Of a stretch of DNA of 64,000 bases, positions 48,158 through 57,100 are shown in pieces (position 1 is the first letter of the stretch; each line of letters begins with the position of its first letter). Source of the DNA: Magnetococcus sp. DMHC-6. Its GTDB lineage: Bacteria > Pseudomonadota > Magnetococcia > Magnetococcales > JADFZT01. Location: assembly GCA_039908535.1 (NCBI GenBank), contig JAMOAW010000004.1:2909-66908 (forward strand), read 5' to 3'. A program made the position numbers and the translations under genes. Under the pieces are notes generated by a model. That model ran no database searches and had not been told where the DNA came from. It saw only the letters and a program-made list of their open reading frames with translations.

Positions 48158-48636
48158 AAGATCCCTGTAGAAGAAGTAGATGAAGCAGAACTATCCTCAA
48201 TATCCCGAGTCATCGCCATAACGGAGGCCTCGGCCACCAGCTTGTCATCTACATAAGATTTACCAATAAAACGCCAAACATCCCCACGACGACGATCCAA
48301 GACCATTTCAATACGCAACTGATCCCCAGGAACCACTGGACGACGAAAGCGCGCTTTGTCAATCGACATAAAATAGACTAAACGCCCACGCACCGCATTC
48401 GGGTCGGTCTCGCCAGCCAATAGTGCCCCAGCTTGGGCCATGGCCTCTAAGATTAACACCCCTGGCATGATCGGATTGCCAGGAAAATGGCCCATAAATT
48501 GCGGTTCGTTAAAAGAAATATTCTTTAATGCCACAATTTTCTTCCCAGGTTCAACCTCCACAACCTTATCTATCATAAGAAAAGGATAGCGATGGGGAAG
48601 CGTTGCCAATATCTCTTGCGTAGATAACAAAGACAT
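48154..48636 (-). CDS. fabZ: 3-hydroxyacyl-ACP dehydratase
   Basis: Motifs LPHRYPFLMIDKV, HFPGNPIMPGVLILEAMAQ. Confidence 0.9.
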   Translation of the reverse strand: MSLLSTQEILATLPHRYPFLMIDKVVEVEPGKKIVALKNISFNEPQFMGHFPGNPIMPGVLILEAMAQAGALLAGETDPNAVRGRLVYFMSIDKARFRRPVVPGDQLRIEMVLDRRRGDVWRFIGKSYVDDKLVAEASVMAMTRDIEDSSASSTSSTGIL

Positions 48637-49173
48637 TTAAAACCACCCCTTTGTGCGAGAATTTAATCGATTCAAAACCTCACTGGTGATATCAATAGAC
48701 TTATCGGCATAAAGAACCTGTCCCTTGCCAAATACCACGGTAAATCCTTTCTCTTTACCAATTTCCTCAATCACTAAACTGAGTGTCTCGGTAATTTTTT
48801 TGGTCCAACGGCCATTTTCCCGATCAATCGCCCCCTGATTGTCCTCAACCAAGCGTTGATATTCACGAAATTTACTGCGAATCTGGCCCGTCAATTCCGC
48901 ATTTGCCTCTGGGGTCATCATGTTTTTACGTTTTTCAAGATCCGCCTTCATTCCCTTGATTTCCGTTTCAAGGGAGTCAATCTCTTTTTGCTTGGTCTGA
49001 ATTTTTTGTTTGAGCATATCCCGTACATGCTTAGCCGCCACAGAAGAGGTCATCGCCTCGGTAATATCCACATAGGCAAACTGCGCCGATCCCGCCTGAA
49101 CTCCAGGAGAGTGCGCTAAACAAAAAGTAAAAACGCATAAAAAACTCAACCATTTTAACATGAAAGTAGCCAT
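48637..49173 (-). CDS. skp: periplasmic chaperone Skp/OmpH
   Basis: 178 aa with a signal peptide and a K/E-rich coiled coil. Sits directly downstream of bamA. Confidence 0.75.
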   Translation of the reverse strand: MATFMLKWLSFLCVFTFCLAHSPGVQAGSAQFAYVDITEAMTSSVAAKHVRDMLKQKIQTKQKEIDSLETEIKGMKADLEKRKNMMTPEANAELTGQIRSKFREYQRLVEDNQGAIDRENGRWTKKITETLSLVIEEIGKEKGFTVVFGKGQVLYADKSIDITSEVLNRLNSRTKGWF

Positions 49174-49189
49174 CCTTTCTTAATATTCA

Positions 49190-51484
49190 TCAAAGGGCTG
49201 CCCCAAACGTAAAATCAAAAACCCTATCTCTATCAGAATCTTCCTTCAAAATCGGTACGGCGAAAGTAAACCGTAAGGGACCAAAAGGTGAATTCCAATG
49301 CAGACCAACACCCGCAGACATACGAATGGATCCATCGTCTGTAATGCTCCCACTCTTGTCATCCCAATCGCCAAGATACCCGGCATCCACAAATGACAAA
49401 CCACGCAACCCATCGTCGGAAAGCCCAAAAAATGGAAAATAGAGTTCGGCGTTTACCTGCTCAAAATGGTTGCCTCCATAAGCATCCCCATCCGATGTCC
49501 GTGGACCAAGACCACCCGATTTAAAACCACGGACACTCTTGCTGCCACCCAGAAAAAAACGCTCAAAAATGGGTACAGTATTATGATCCAACGACTCCAC
49601 CGCACCCGCACGCCCACGCAAATGACCTACCCAACTCCCATCTTTTGTAAATGGATAAAAAAGGCTATTATCAATCAAAATCCGTCCAAAGTAGACATCC
49701 CCTCCCAAACCTGATAAATCGGTTGTCAGACGATGACGACGTCCTTTCGTCGGTAAAAGCTTATTGTCCAAATTGTTCCAGGTGAATGAGTTACTCACCA
49801 TAGATTGTAAATATGGACTCCGGGCGGCTTGATCCTGTATCACTAAGTTCGCACTCGATCCAACATCATCAATTTCAACATTCGAAAGTTGATAAGAGAG
49901 TTGATCGCTCAAATGGTTCGAAAGGGGAAACCCAAAATTAATTCCACCACCAGACGTATATTGGGTATAAGAAGAGATACTCTGCATATCCGATTTTCGG
50001 TTATACAGTTGCAATCCGGCAGACATATTTTTATCCAAAAAATAGGGCTCGGTAAACGAAAAGTCAAAATCGGTCGTAATACTGGATAATGTAAATGACA
50101 ATTTTGCCCGCTGACCTCTACCCAAAAAATTATCCTGGGTGATGCTGGCCGTTCCCAGCAAAGATTCCACCGTCGAATAACCCGCCCCAACGCTAAAAGT
50201 TCCCGTCGGTTTTTCCTCCACTTTTATCCGCACATCTACTTTATCCGCAGAGGTCGCAGCCGGAGTCGTGACATCTACATTGCCAAAATAATTCAGCGCA
50301 TTTAATCGGGATTTAGAAAGACGCATGGCCGATGCAGAAAATAGATTCCCTTCCACCAAACTAACCTCACGACGAATCACTTGATCCTGTGTTCTGGTGT
50401 TCCCCTCAATTTCCACCCGATTGACATAAACACGCCGACCCTTGTTAACCACTATTTGGATATCAACCGTTTTTTCATCCTCGTTGATAAGAGTTCTCGG
50501 ATCAATTTGCAAAAAAGCATAACCAAAATCGCCAATTTTATCCGTCAAATGTTCTGTCGATAGGCGCAATTTTTCACGAGAAAACCACTCCCCAGAGACA
50601 ATCTGAAGCTCTTTAAATAGGTCCGCTTTTGGAAGTTCGTCGAAGTCTCCTTCAATCTGAATATTTCCAAATTTAAAACGTTCCCCTTCAAAAACCGTAT
50701 GTGTAATCATAAAAGCCGCTCGATCAGGTGTTAGCTCGGCAACCGAAGAGTCCACCCGCACTTGGGCATAACCATTATCCATATAAAGATTACGCAATTG
50801 AGATTGGTCATACAGCAATTTCTCACGGTCGTAAGTGTCGTCATCGGTCCACCAAGAGAGCCAATTACTGGCTTTAATCATCAACGCTTTGGACAACTCT
50901 TTATCAGATAACGCCTTGTTACCGATAAATCGAACTTCCCGAACCTTAGATTTTTCACCTTCTTTAACACGATAAACCAAGGTCATCCGATTTTCATTCA
51001 ATGGTTTAATCAACATCTCAACGTTGGCCAAAAACAACCCTTTGATGCGATATCCCTGCCGTAAAGCGGTTAAATCCCGCTCAGCTTTGCCACGGTCAAA
51101 AATGGAACCCGATTTTAGCTGAATAATTTTTACCAATTCTTCTGTGGTATAGGCCTCATTGCCTTCAAAAGTGACTTCATCAATCAGTGGATTTTCTTCA
51201 ACACGAACAACCAAACTCTCCCCATCACGCTCAATAACCACATCTTTAAAAAAACCAGTGGCAAACAAAGCTTGAATACTCTCTCTGGTCAAAGTGGCAT
51301 CCAATTGACCAGAGGAATTCAGTTTAAGATAACTTTTAACGGTATCAGGTTCAATTCGTCTCACCCCTTCCACCCGAATAGTTGGAAGAGCCTCTTGGGC
51401 GTAACTATAAGAAAAGGTTAATAGCACTCCACTCATCCATAAAAAGATGAGAAATATGAAAAAAATATTTTTTTTCAATAACAT
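49190..51484 (-). CDS. bamA: outer membrane protein assembly factor BamA
   Basis: 764 aa. POTRA repeats (I.V.G..R....V) and a C-terminal beta-barrel ending FDFTFGAAL. Confidence 0.9.
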   Translation of the reverse strand: MLLKKNIFFIFLIFLWMSGVLLTFSYSYAQEALPTIRVEGVRRIEPDTVKSYLKLNSSGQLDATLTRESIQALFATGFFKDVVIERDGESLVVRVEENPLIDEVTFEGNEAYTTEELVKIIQLKSGSIFDRGKAERDLTALRQGYRIKGLFLANVEMLIKPLNENRMTLVYRVKEGEKSKVREVRFIGNKALSDKELSKALMIKASNWLSWWTDDDTYDREKLLYDQSQLRNLYMDNGYAQVRVDSSVAELTPDRAAFMITHTVFEGERFKFGNIQIEGDFDELPKADLFKELQIVSGEWFSREKLRLSTEHLTDKIGDFGYAFLQIDPRTLINEDEKTVDIQIVVNKGRRVYVNRVEIEGNTRTQDQVIRREVSLVEGNLFSASAMRLSKSRLNALNYFGNVDVTTPAATSADKVDVRIKVEEKPTGTFSVGAGYSTVESLLGTASITQDNFLGRGQRAKLSFTLSSITTDFDFSFTEPYFLDKNMSAGLQLYNRKSDMQSISSYTQYTSGGGINFGFPLSNHLSDQLSYQLSNVEIDDVGSSANLVIQDQAARSPYLQSMVSNSFTWNNLDNKLLPTKGRRHRLTTDLSGLGGDVYFGRILIDNSLFYPFTKDGSWVGHLRGRAGAVESLDHNTVPIFERFFLGGSKSVRGFKSGGLGPRTSDGDAYGGNHFEQVNAELYFPFFGLSDDGLRGLSFVDAGYLGDWDDKSGSITDDGSIRMSAGVGLHWNSPFGPLRFTFAVPILKEDSDRDRVFDFTFGAAL

Positions 51485-51607
51485 AATAGCACCAAAAGAA
51501 AAAAGAGAGTCAAATTTAATTCACAAACGTGTTCTCAAGCTACCTCTTTTTTTATCCAACAGCAAGTCAATGTATTTTAAAATAGAGATCATCATCAAAA
51601 TAAACAA

Positions 51608-52693
51608 TTACGGTGCCCCAGATAACAGTCGCACCAAATCATTTTTCATCGCCCAAACCATCAATAAAATCAACATTGTCATCCCAACTCGATTGGCCAT
51701 CCATTGTGCTTTCTCACTGACAGGACTCCCCTTGAGGGCTTCAATAGAAAAAAACATCAGATGTCCTCCATCCAATACAGGAATCGGCAATAAATTTAAA
51801 ACACCTAAATTAATGGAGATTAATGACATGAAAAATAAAAAGTTAGTCGCTCCCTGGGCCGCCGTCTTTCCAGCCAATTCGGCAATCAACAACGGACCAC
51901 CAATCTGATCGGCAGAGACAACCCGTGTCAGTAACTTCCAAATGCTGGTAACCGTCAAATGGGTCATGCGCCACGTTTGCTGCAAACCCATTTTTATAGC
52001 TTGCAAAGGAGAATATTGTATCACACGAACATCTTTGCCAGGCGTAATACCTATCAAGGCTTGACGCACTTTTTCACCAAATAAATTAGTAACTTCCGTA
52101 ACTCGTGGCGTCACCGAAATAAGATGCAACTCCCCTTGACGGCGTACCGTTAAAACCAATTTTTCACCATTGGAATCCCGAATTGTTTGACTTAAATCGT
52201 CCCAAAGTTCCAAAGGAGTATCGTTGATTTGAGTCACATAATCCCCTGCTAACAATCCGACCTCCGCCCCTGGCATGTTTGGACTCACGCTCCCGATCAC
52301 AGGCAGTTGCTGCTCAACCCCTAATATATAAGAAACACTGAGTGCAAATAGTGCAAAAATAAAATTAAAAATAGGGCCCGCAGAAACTATCGCAAAACGA
52401 GGGCCTACCGATTGATGGCTAAATGCATGTTTCTGATCCTCAACAGATAGCTCAACTTCCTCATCGTCGTCAGATTCACCCAACATCTTGACATAACCAC
52501 CCAACGGAACCGCAGAAAGTCGATACTCGGTACCGTTTTTGGGATCACTCCAACTAAAAATTTTTGGACCAAATCCCAAAGAAAAAATCAATACCCGCAC
52601 GCCAAAAAAACGCGCAACCAAAAAATGGCCTAACTCATGGACAAAAATAAGAACACCCAACACCACCAAAGCCCAAAAAGTCGTATTCAGCAT
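51608..52693 (-). CDS. rseP: RIP zinc metalloprotease RseP
   Basis: HELGHF zinc site, a PDZ domain, and NLLPIPVLDGGH. Confidence 0.9.
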   Translation of the reverse strand: MLNTTFWALVVLGVLIFVHELGHFLVARFFGVRVLIFSLGFGPKIFSWSDPKNGTEYRLSAVPLGGYVKMLGESDDDEEVELSVEDQKHAFSHQSVGPRFAIVSAGPIFNFIFALFALSVSYILGVEQQLPVIGSVSPNMPGAEVGLLAGDYVTQINDTPLELWDDLSQTIRDSNGEKLVLTVRRQGELHLISVTPRVTEVTNLFGEKVRQALIGITPGKDVRVIQYSPLQAIKMGLQQTWRMTHLTVTSIWKLLTRVVSADQIGGPLLIAELAGKTAAQGATNFLFFMSLISINLGVLNLLPIPVLDGGHLMFFSIEALKGSPVSEKAQWMANRVGMTMLILLMVWAMKNDLVRLLSGAP

Positions 52694-52820
52694 TGAAAAA
52701 GATTCCTTTCATGCCCCTGAATCCTCTCCAAAGCTTGACAGCGTGCCCATCGATCCACTGCCAAGACCTCTTCTATAGAGTCGGGTAACGCCATAGAAAC
52801 CGAGTTTAGGGTCCTAAAAA
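52687..52820 (-). other. dxr C-terminal coding remnant in the -1 frame
   Basis: The -1 frame is open and reads RTLNSVSMALPDSIEEVLAVDRWARCQALERIQGHERNLFQC. It contains the conserved Dxr C-terminal helix motif. Its TGA (52687-52689) overlaps the rseP ATG (ATGCTGA). Confidence 0.65.
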
Positions 52821-53885
52821 CGCCGCCACGGCAACCTCATTGGCAGCATTCAGTATGGCTGGAGCCGCCCCCCCTTGACGGAGGGCTTGATAGCTCAAAC
52901 CCAAACAAGGAAACACCAGTGGATCTGGTGTTCCAAAAAATGTCAATCGACCTAACGCAGCCAAGTCCAAAGGTTTAACTGGAACGGCAATACGCTCTGG
53001 CCAAGCCAAAGCCACCGCAATCGGGGTGCGCATATCCGGTACCCCCATTTGAGCCAAAACCGAACCATCGGCATAGGAAACCATAGAGTGAACAATACTC
53101 TCAGGATGTACCACAACCTGAATACGATCCAATTCCACCCCAAACAGCCAATAGGCCTCTATCACCTCCAACCCCTTGTTCATCAACGTGGCTGAATCAA
53201 TAGAAATTTTTGGACCCATCTTCCAATTTGGATGCGCAAGAGCCTGCGTAGGAGTCACTTGAGCCAACTGCTCTCGTGACCAACCCCGAAAAGGCCCACC
53301 CGAAGCAGTCAAAATGAGTTCACGAAAGCCACTCTGCCGACCCGGATTGACAAAATGGCCCCCTTTCCCAACACCCTCTCCAAGTTTAGGCGTTACTTGC
53401 CCATTATTCAATACTTGAAATATCGCACTGTGTTCTGAATCTACCGGTATGAGAGACCCTTTGTGCTGCTCCATTTCACGTTTAAACAGAGCTCCAGCCA
53501 TCACCAAACACTCTTTATTGGCCAAAGCGATCTCTTTTCCAGCCCGAATCGCCGCCATTGTTGGCAATAAACCATCCCCACCCACAATGGCCGAAACCGT
53601 CATATGAACCCCATCCCAAGCACCAACCGCAGCGATCCCCTCTGCGCCCACTAAAACCTCTATTCCCAACCCAGAAAGTTCAAAAGCCACCTCACGAGCC
53701 GCCTCAATATCGTGCATGGCGACCACCTGGGGATGAAATCTTTTTGCCTGGGCTATCAATAATTGACTGTTGCGACCTGCAGCCAACGCGATCGCTCGAA
53801 AACGATCTGGATGTGTGGCAATAACATCCAGAGTGCTTACCCCTATAGAACCGGTAGATCCAAGTATGGCAATATTTTTAATCAA
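52806..53885 (-). CDS. dxr: 1-deoxy-D-xylulose 5-phosphate reductoisomerase, prematurely terminated as sequenced
   Basis: Motifs ILGSTGSIG, LANKE, PVDSEHSAIFQ, HPNW.MG.KISIDSATLMNKGLEVIEA and NAANEVAVAAFL. The ORF stops 2 codons after AAFL. Confidence 0.85.
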   Translation of the reverse strand: MIKNIAILGSTGSIGVSTLDVIATHPDRFRAIALAAGRNSQLLIAQAKRFHPQVVAMHDIEAAREVAFELSGLGIEVLVGAEGIAAVGAWDGVHMTVSAIVGGDGLLPTMAAIRAGKEIALANKECLVMAGALFKREMEQHKGSLIPVDSEHSAIFQVLNNGQVTPKLGEGVGKGGHFVNPGRQSGFRELILTASGGPFRGWSREQLAQVTPTQALAHPNWKMGPKISIDSATLMNKGLEVIEAYWLFGVELDRIQVVVHPESIVHSMVSYADGSVLAQMGVPDMRTPIAVALAWPERIAVPVKPLDLAALGRLTFFGTPDPLVFPCLGLSYQALRQGGAAPAILNAANEVAVAAFLGP

Positions 53886-53934
53886 TTTTATTTTTTATAC
53901 ATAACAAAATGAAAAGAACAAGGCTTGAAACATA

Positions 53935-54567
53935 CTAAATTCCCTGCCAGACTAAAAAAAAATAGAAAACCGGTGTCGTAAATATTAAACTATCCAAACG
54001 ATCCAATAACCCACCATGACCTGGAATTAAAAAAACCCCTCCCCATAACCCTTCCCACGTTTTGCCAGGACTTATCCTCGGAATCAATTTCCGTTTTCCA
54101 AAAATTCGACCGACAAAATAGGCCCCTGAATCGGTAAACCAAATCAAAATAAATAGATAACATAACAAAAAACGCCCCTCTTTCCGACTATGAATCTCAA
54201 GAAGCATCAAAAGAGGCAAAACACAAAAAAAGAGTCCTAACAAGCGATCAGCAATCCCCTTTAACTGCGGAGATTCAGGTCGATATCGAATCAAACCTAC
54301 GATAAATTCCCCCCAAAACAATAAAATTAACACAAATGGAATCCAGGAAAGTCCCCAAAGATACCAAACCCCCATTAACAACCATCCTCCTGCCACCCCA
54401 ATGGCCAAATCTCCCCTTGCAAGACCCCCATGCAACTGATGCCATTCAATCAACAATAGCGCCGAGACAGGTATTAAAAACAAAAAAATCTGTAACGCCG
54501 ATCCCAATAATACCAACCAAAGGACAATAGGGATCAAAATCACTGCGGAAATAATTCTTAAAACCAT
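53935..54567 (-). CDS. cdsA: phosphatidate cytidylyltransferase with an apparent internal in-frame deletion
   Basis: Starts at the ATG at 54567 (MVLRIISAVILIP). Motifs DSGAYFVGRIFGKRKL.P.ISPGKTWEG are followed directly by IPGHGGLLDRLDS. The 110 extra N-terminal codons of the track ORF are a translated repeat array. Confidence 0.75.
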   Translation of the reverse strand: MVLRIISAVILIPIVLWLVLLGSALQIFLFLIPVSALLLIEWHQLHGGLARGDLAIGVAGGWLLMGVWYLWGLSWIPFVLILLFWGEFIVGLIRYRPESPQLKGIADRLLGLFFCVLPLLMLLEIHSRKEGRFLLCYLFILIWFTDSGAYFVGRIFGKRKLIPRISPGKTWEGLWGGVFLIPGHGGLLDRLDSLIFTTPVFYFFLVWQGI

Positions 54568-54670
54568 GATGGTCTCATAATAGAAAATTCGTAACCGTTC
54601 AGATAAAAAAAAATCAAAAACAAGACCTTGGGGATTGCATCCCCCAACCCCCCTGCTATTTGAAGAAAGC

Positions 54671-54742
54671 AAAACCGAATTCAAAAGCAAAGTCAAAACC
54701 GAATTCAAAAGCAAAGTCAAAACCGAATTCAAAAGCAAAGTC
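54671..54742. repeat. 24-bp tandem repeat x3 (aaaaccgaattcaaaagcaaagtc)
   Basis: Three perfect units read directly from the sequence. A fourth unit lies at 54806-54829. Confidence 0.95.
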
Positions 54743-54817
54743 AAAATCAAAAACAAGACCTTGGGGGATTGCATCCCCCAACCCCCCCTGCTATTTGAAG
54801 AAAACAAAACCGAATTC

Positions 54818-54889
54818 AAAAGCAAAGTCAAAAGCAAAGTCAAAAGCAAAGTCAAAAGCAAAGTCAAAAGCAAAGTCAAAAGCAAAGTT
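54818..54889. repeat. 12-bp tandem repeat x6 (aaaagcaaagtc; last unit aaaagcaaagtt)
   Basis: Read directly from the sequence. The unit is the second half of the 24-bp repeat. Confidence 0.95.
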
Positions 54890-55019
54890 AAAAACAAAAC
54901 CCTGGGGGCAATCCCCCAGACCCCTTTTTTTTATTAATATATGAACGATTACGCCAAAACAATAAATTATTGAGTTTCAATTAACGTAAAATTTTACTTC
55001 AGTGAACAGTTACGAAAAT

Positions 55020-55694
55020 TCAATGGTCAGCCCCAAAACGACGCTCTCGACGACTAAACTCAGCAATCGCCTCTTCAAGATCCTTTTTGCTAAACTCTGG
55101 CCAAAAAATTGGTAAAAAAACCATTTCTGTGTAGGCCAACTGCCATAAAAGAAAATTACTAATGCGTTGCTCCCCACCCGTCCGTAAAAATTGTGCCTCG
55201 TTAATCTCTTCAACCGCTAATCGACCCTCCAAACCCTCCTTAACCAATTGCCGCGCAACATCCACAATCTCCTGACGACCACCATAATTGATGGCAATAT
55301 TAAATTTTAAAATGGAGTTATGCCGAGTCTTCTCCTCCATCTCATGAATCAACTCCTGAATCTGTAAAGGAAGTTCATAGATGCGTCCCAAAGCACGAAA
55401 TTGAACCCCCTCTTGAATCAGTTCCATCATCTCATTCCGCAAATGATGGGCCAGCAACCCCATTAACGCCGAAACCTCCTCGGCTGGACGATTCCAGTTT
55501 TCAGAAGAAAATGTATACAAGGTGAGAATAGGTACTTTGAGATCAATACACGCTTCAACTGTACGACGTACAGCCTGAACACCACGTCGATGTCCCTCAA
55601 TACGTGGCAAAAAACGAGATCTTGCCCAACGTCTGTTGCCATCCATAACAATGGCAATGTGACGGGGAATCCGAATAGTATTACTCTTTGCCAT
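55020..55694 (-). CDS. uppS: undecaprenyl diphosphate synthase (shorter than usual)
   Basis: Motifs HIAIVMDGNRRWA, LTLYTFSSENWNRP, INYGGR, RTGGEQRISNFLLWQ and RRERRFG. 224 aa. Confidence 0.85.
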   Translation of the reverse strand: MAKSNTIRIPRHIAIVMDGNRRWARSRFLPRIEGHRRGVQAVRRTVEACIDLKVPILTLYTFSSENWNRPAEEVSALMGLLAHHLRNEMMELIQEGVQFRALGRIYELPLQIQELIHEMEEKTRHNSILKFNIAINYGGRQEIVDVARQLVKEGLEGRLAVEEINEAQFLRTGGEQRISNFLLWQLAYTEMVFLPIFWPEFSKKDLEEAIAEFSRRERRFGADH

Positions 55695-55778
55695 AAATTT
55701 AAGCTATCGTAACTTCCAAAAAATGGTGTCAGTCAGGAATGATTTTAAAAAATTCCGCAACAGTAAAAAAAATTGTCA

Positions 55779-56333
55779 TTAAACTTGCATAATATCCAAT
55801 TTTTTCTTTTCAACCAGGGCATCCACTTCCACAATATGACTATCGGTGAGATCTTGAAGTTTCTTTTCCAGCGTCCGCATTTCATCCTGCGAAATTTCTT
55901 TGTTTTTCTCAGATTTACGAGCCAACTCCACAAAATCACGCCGCACATTGCGAATCGCCACTTTGGCTTGCTCGCTATACTTTAACACCACCTTGACCAG
56001 ATCCTTACGCCGCTCCTCAGTCAATTCAGGTAAAGGAACCCGTACCAAAAAACCATCAGCAATAGGATTTAAACCCAAATGAGATTCCAAAATGGCCTTT
56101 TCAATCACTTTGACCATCCCCTTATCCCATGGCTGAATCGAAATCATGCGCGGTTCCGGGACACTCAGAGTGGCTACCTGATTGAGCGGCATGGGAACAC
56201 CATAAGATTGCACGATAATATTTTCAATAAAAGAGGTGCTCGCACGTCCAGTACGCAATGACGCAAGTTCCTCCTTTAAAGCTATGATCGCTTTATTCAT
56301 ACGAATGTTAGATTCAGCTATCAACGAGTCCAT
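55779..56333 (-). CDS. frr: ribosome recycling factor
   Basis: 184 aa. Motifs [26 protein letters not shown]. Confidence 0.9.
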   Translation of the reverse strand: MDSLIAESNIRMNKAIIALKEELASLRTGRASTSFIENIIVQSYGVPMPLNQVATLSVPEPRMISIQPWDKGMVKVIEKAILESHLGLNPIADGFLVRVPLPELTEERRKDLVKVVLKYSEQAKVAIRNVRRDFVELARKSEKNKEISQDEMRTLEKKLQDLTDSHIVEVDALVEKKKLDIMQV

Positions 56334-57067
56334 TATGAAACCTCCTCAATCAAAGTACCACACTTTTCCCCTTGAAAAATGGATTTTAACCGACCCTGTT
56401 CCAAAATAGAAAGGACCAAAATGGGTATCCGATTCTCCTGACAAAGGGCAATAGCGGTCAAATCCATCACCTGAAGTTTACGTGCCAAAACCTCCGTATA
56501 CGTCAGATGTGGATAAAATTCGGCGTTGGGATCTTTGATCGGATCCGCACTATAAACACCGTTGACTTTGGTCCCTTTGATCATCAGATCGGCATTGATT
56601 TCAGCAGCCCGTAAACTGGCCGCCGTATCGGTAGTAAAATAAGGATTGCCAGTGCCAGCGGCAAAAATCACTACCCGCCCCTTCTCCAAATGTTCAACCG
56701 CCTTACGACGCACAAACGATTCGGCAACCTGCGGCATGGCGATCGCAGATTGAACCCGAACCGGTACACCCACCTGTTCCAAGGCGTTTTGCATGGCCAA
56801 TGAGTTGATAACAGTGGCCAACATCCCCATATGATCCGCACTGCTGCGCTCCATGCCCTTGGCACTTCCAGCCAAACCGCGAAAAATATTTCCACCACCC
56901 AATACCAGCGCAAGTTGCACGCCTAGTCTATGAATTTGGGCAATCTCTTCGGACAAGGCACTCAAAAAAAGAGGATCAATTTGATGCCCCCTCCCCATGA
57001 GAGCCTCGCCAGAGAGCTTTAACAAAACCCGTTGATATGGTTTACCACTCGTGGGCATAAAATTCAT
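56333..57067 (-). CDS. pyrH: UMP kinase
   Basis: Motifs [19 protein letters not shown] and [20 protein letters not shown] junction with frr. Confidence 0.9.
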   Translation of the reverse strand: MNFMPTSGKPYQRVLLKLSGEALMGRGHQIDPLFLSALSEEIAQIHRLGVQLALVLGGGNIFRGLAGSAKGMERSSADHMGMLATVINSLAMQNALEQVGVPVRVQSAIAMPQVAESFVRRKAVEHLEKGRVVIFAAGTGNPYFTTDTAASLRAAEINADLMIKGTKVNGVYSADPIKDPNAEFYPHLTYTEVLARKLQVMDLTAIALCQENRIPILVLSILEQGRLKSIFQGEKCGTLIEEVS

Positions 57068-57100
57068 GATAAAACCTGTACATTCACTCTATTGGTCATT

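Larger units (their letters stand above)
54596..54935. repeat. composite repeat array: three G5/C5 hairpin modules interleaved with 24-bp and 12-bp tandem repeats
   Basis: Hairpin modules at 54611-54670, 54743-54805 and 54890-54932. 54611-54742 is duplicated starting at 54743. Fills the uppS-cdsA spacer. Confidence 0.9.

Noticed and set aside
51447-51908. 153-aa plus-strand ORF between bamA and rseP
   Set aside because: It overlaps the rseP 3' end in antisense. The sequence is low-complexity and AT-driven.
54568-54897. 110-codon N-terminal extension of cdsA with (TLLL)n / LLNSVLTL periodic sequence, which could look like a leucine-rich membrane repeat
   Set aside because: It is a direct translation of the 12-bp and 24-bp tandem repeats and hairpin modules. 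A normal CdsA N-terminus (MVLRIISAVILIP) starts at the internal ATG at 54567.
54596-54935. Possible CRISPR array, given regularly spaced repeats
   Set aside because: The units are contiguous (12 and 24 bp) with no unique spacers, are far shorter than CRISPR repeats, and no cas genes are in the window.
54635-54944. Two plus-strand ORFs encoding (KSKV)n / TEFKSKVK repeat peptides
   Set aside because: They translate the same tandem-repeat array in other frames. There is no RBS, and the ORFs are bounded by hairpin modules.
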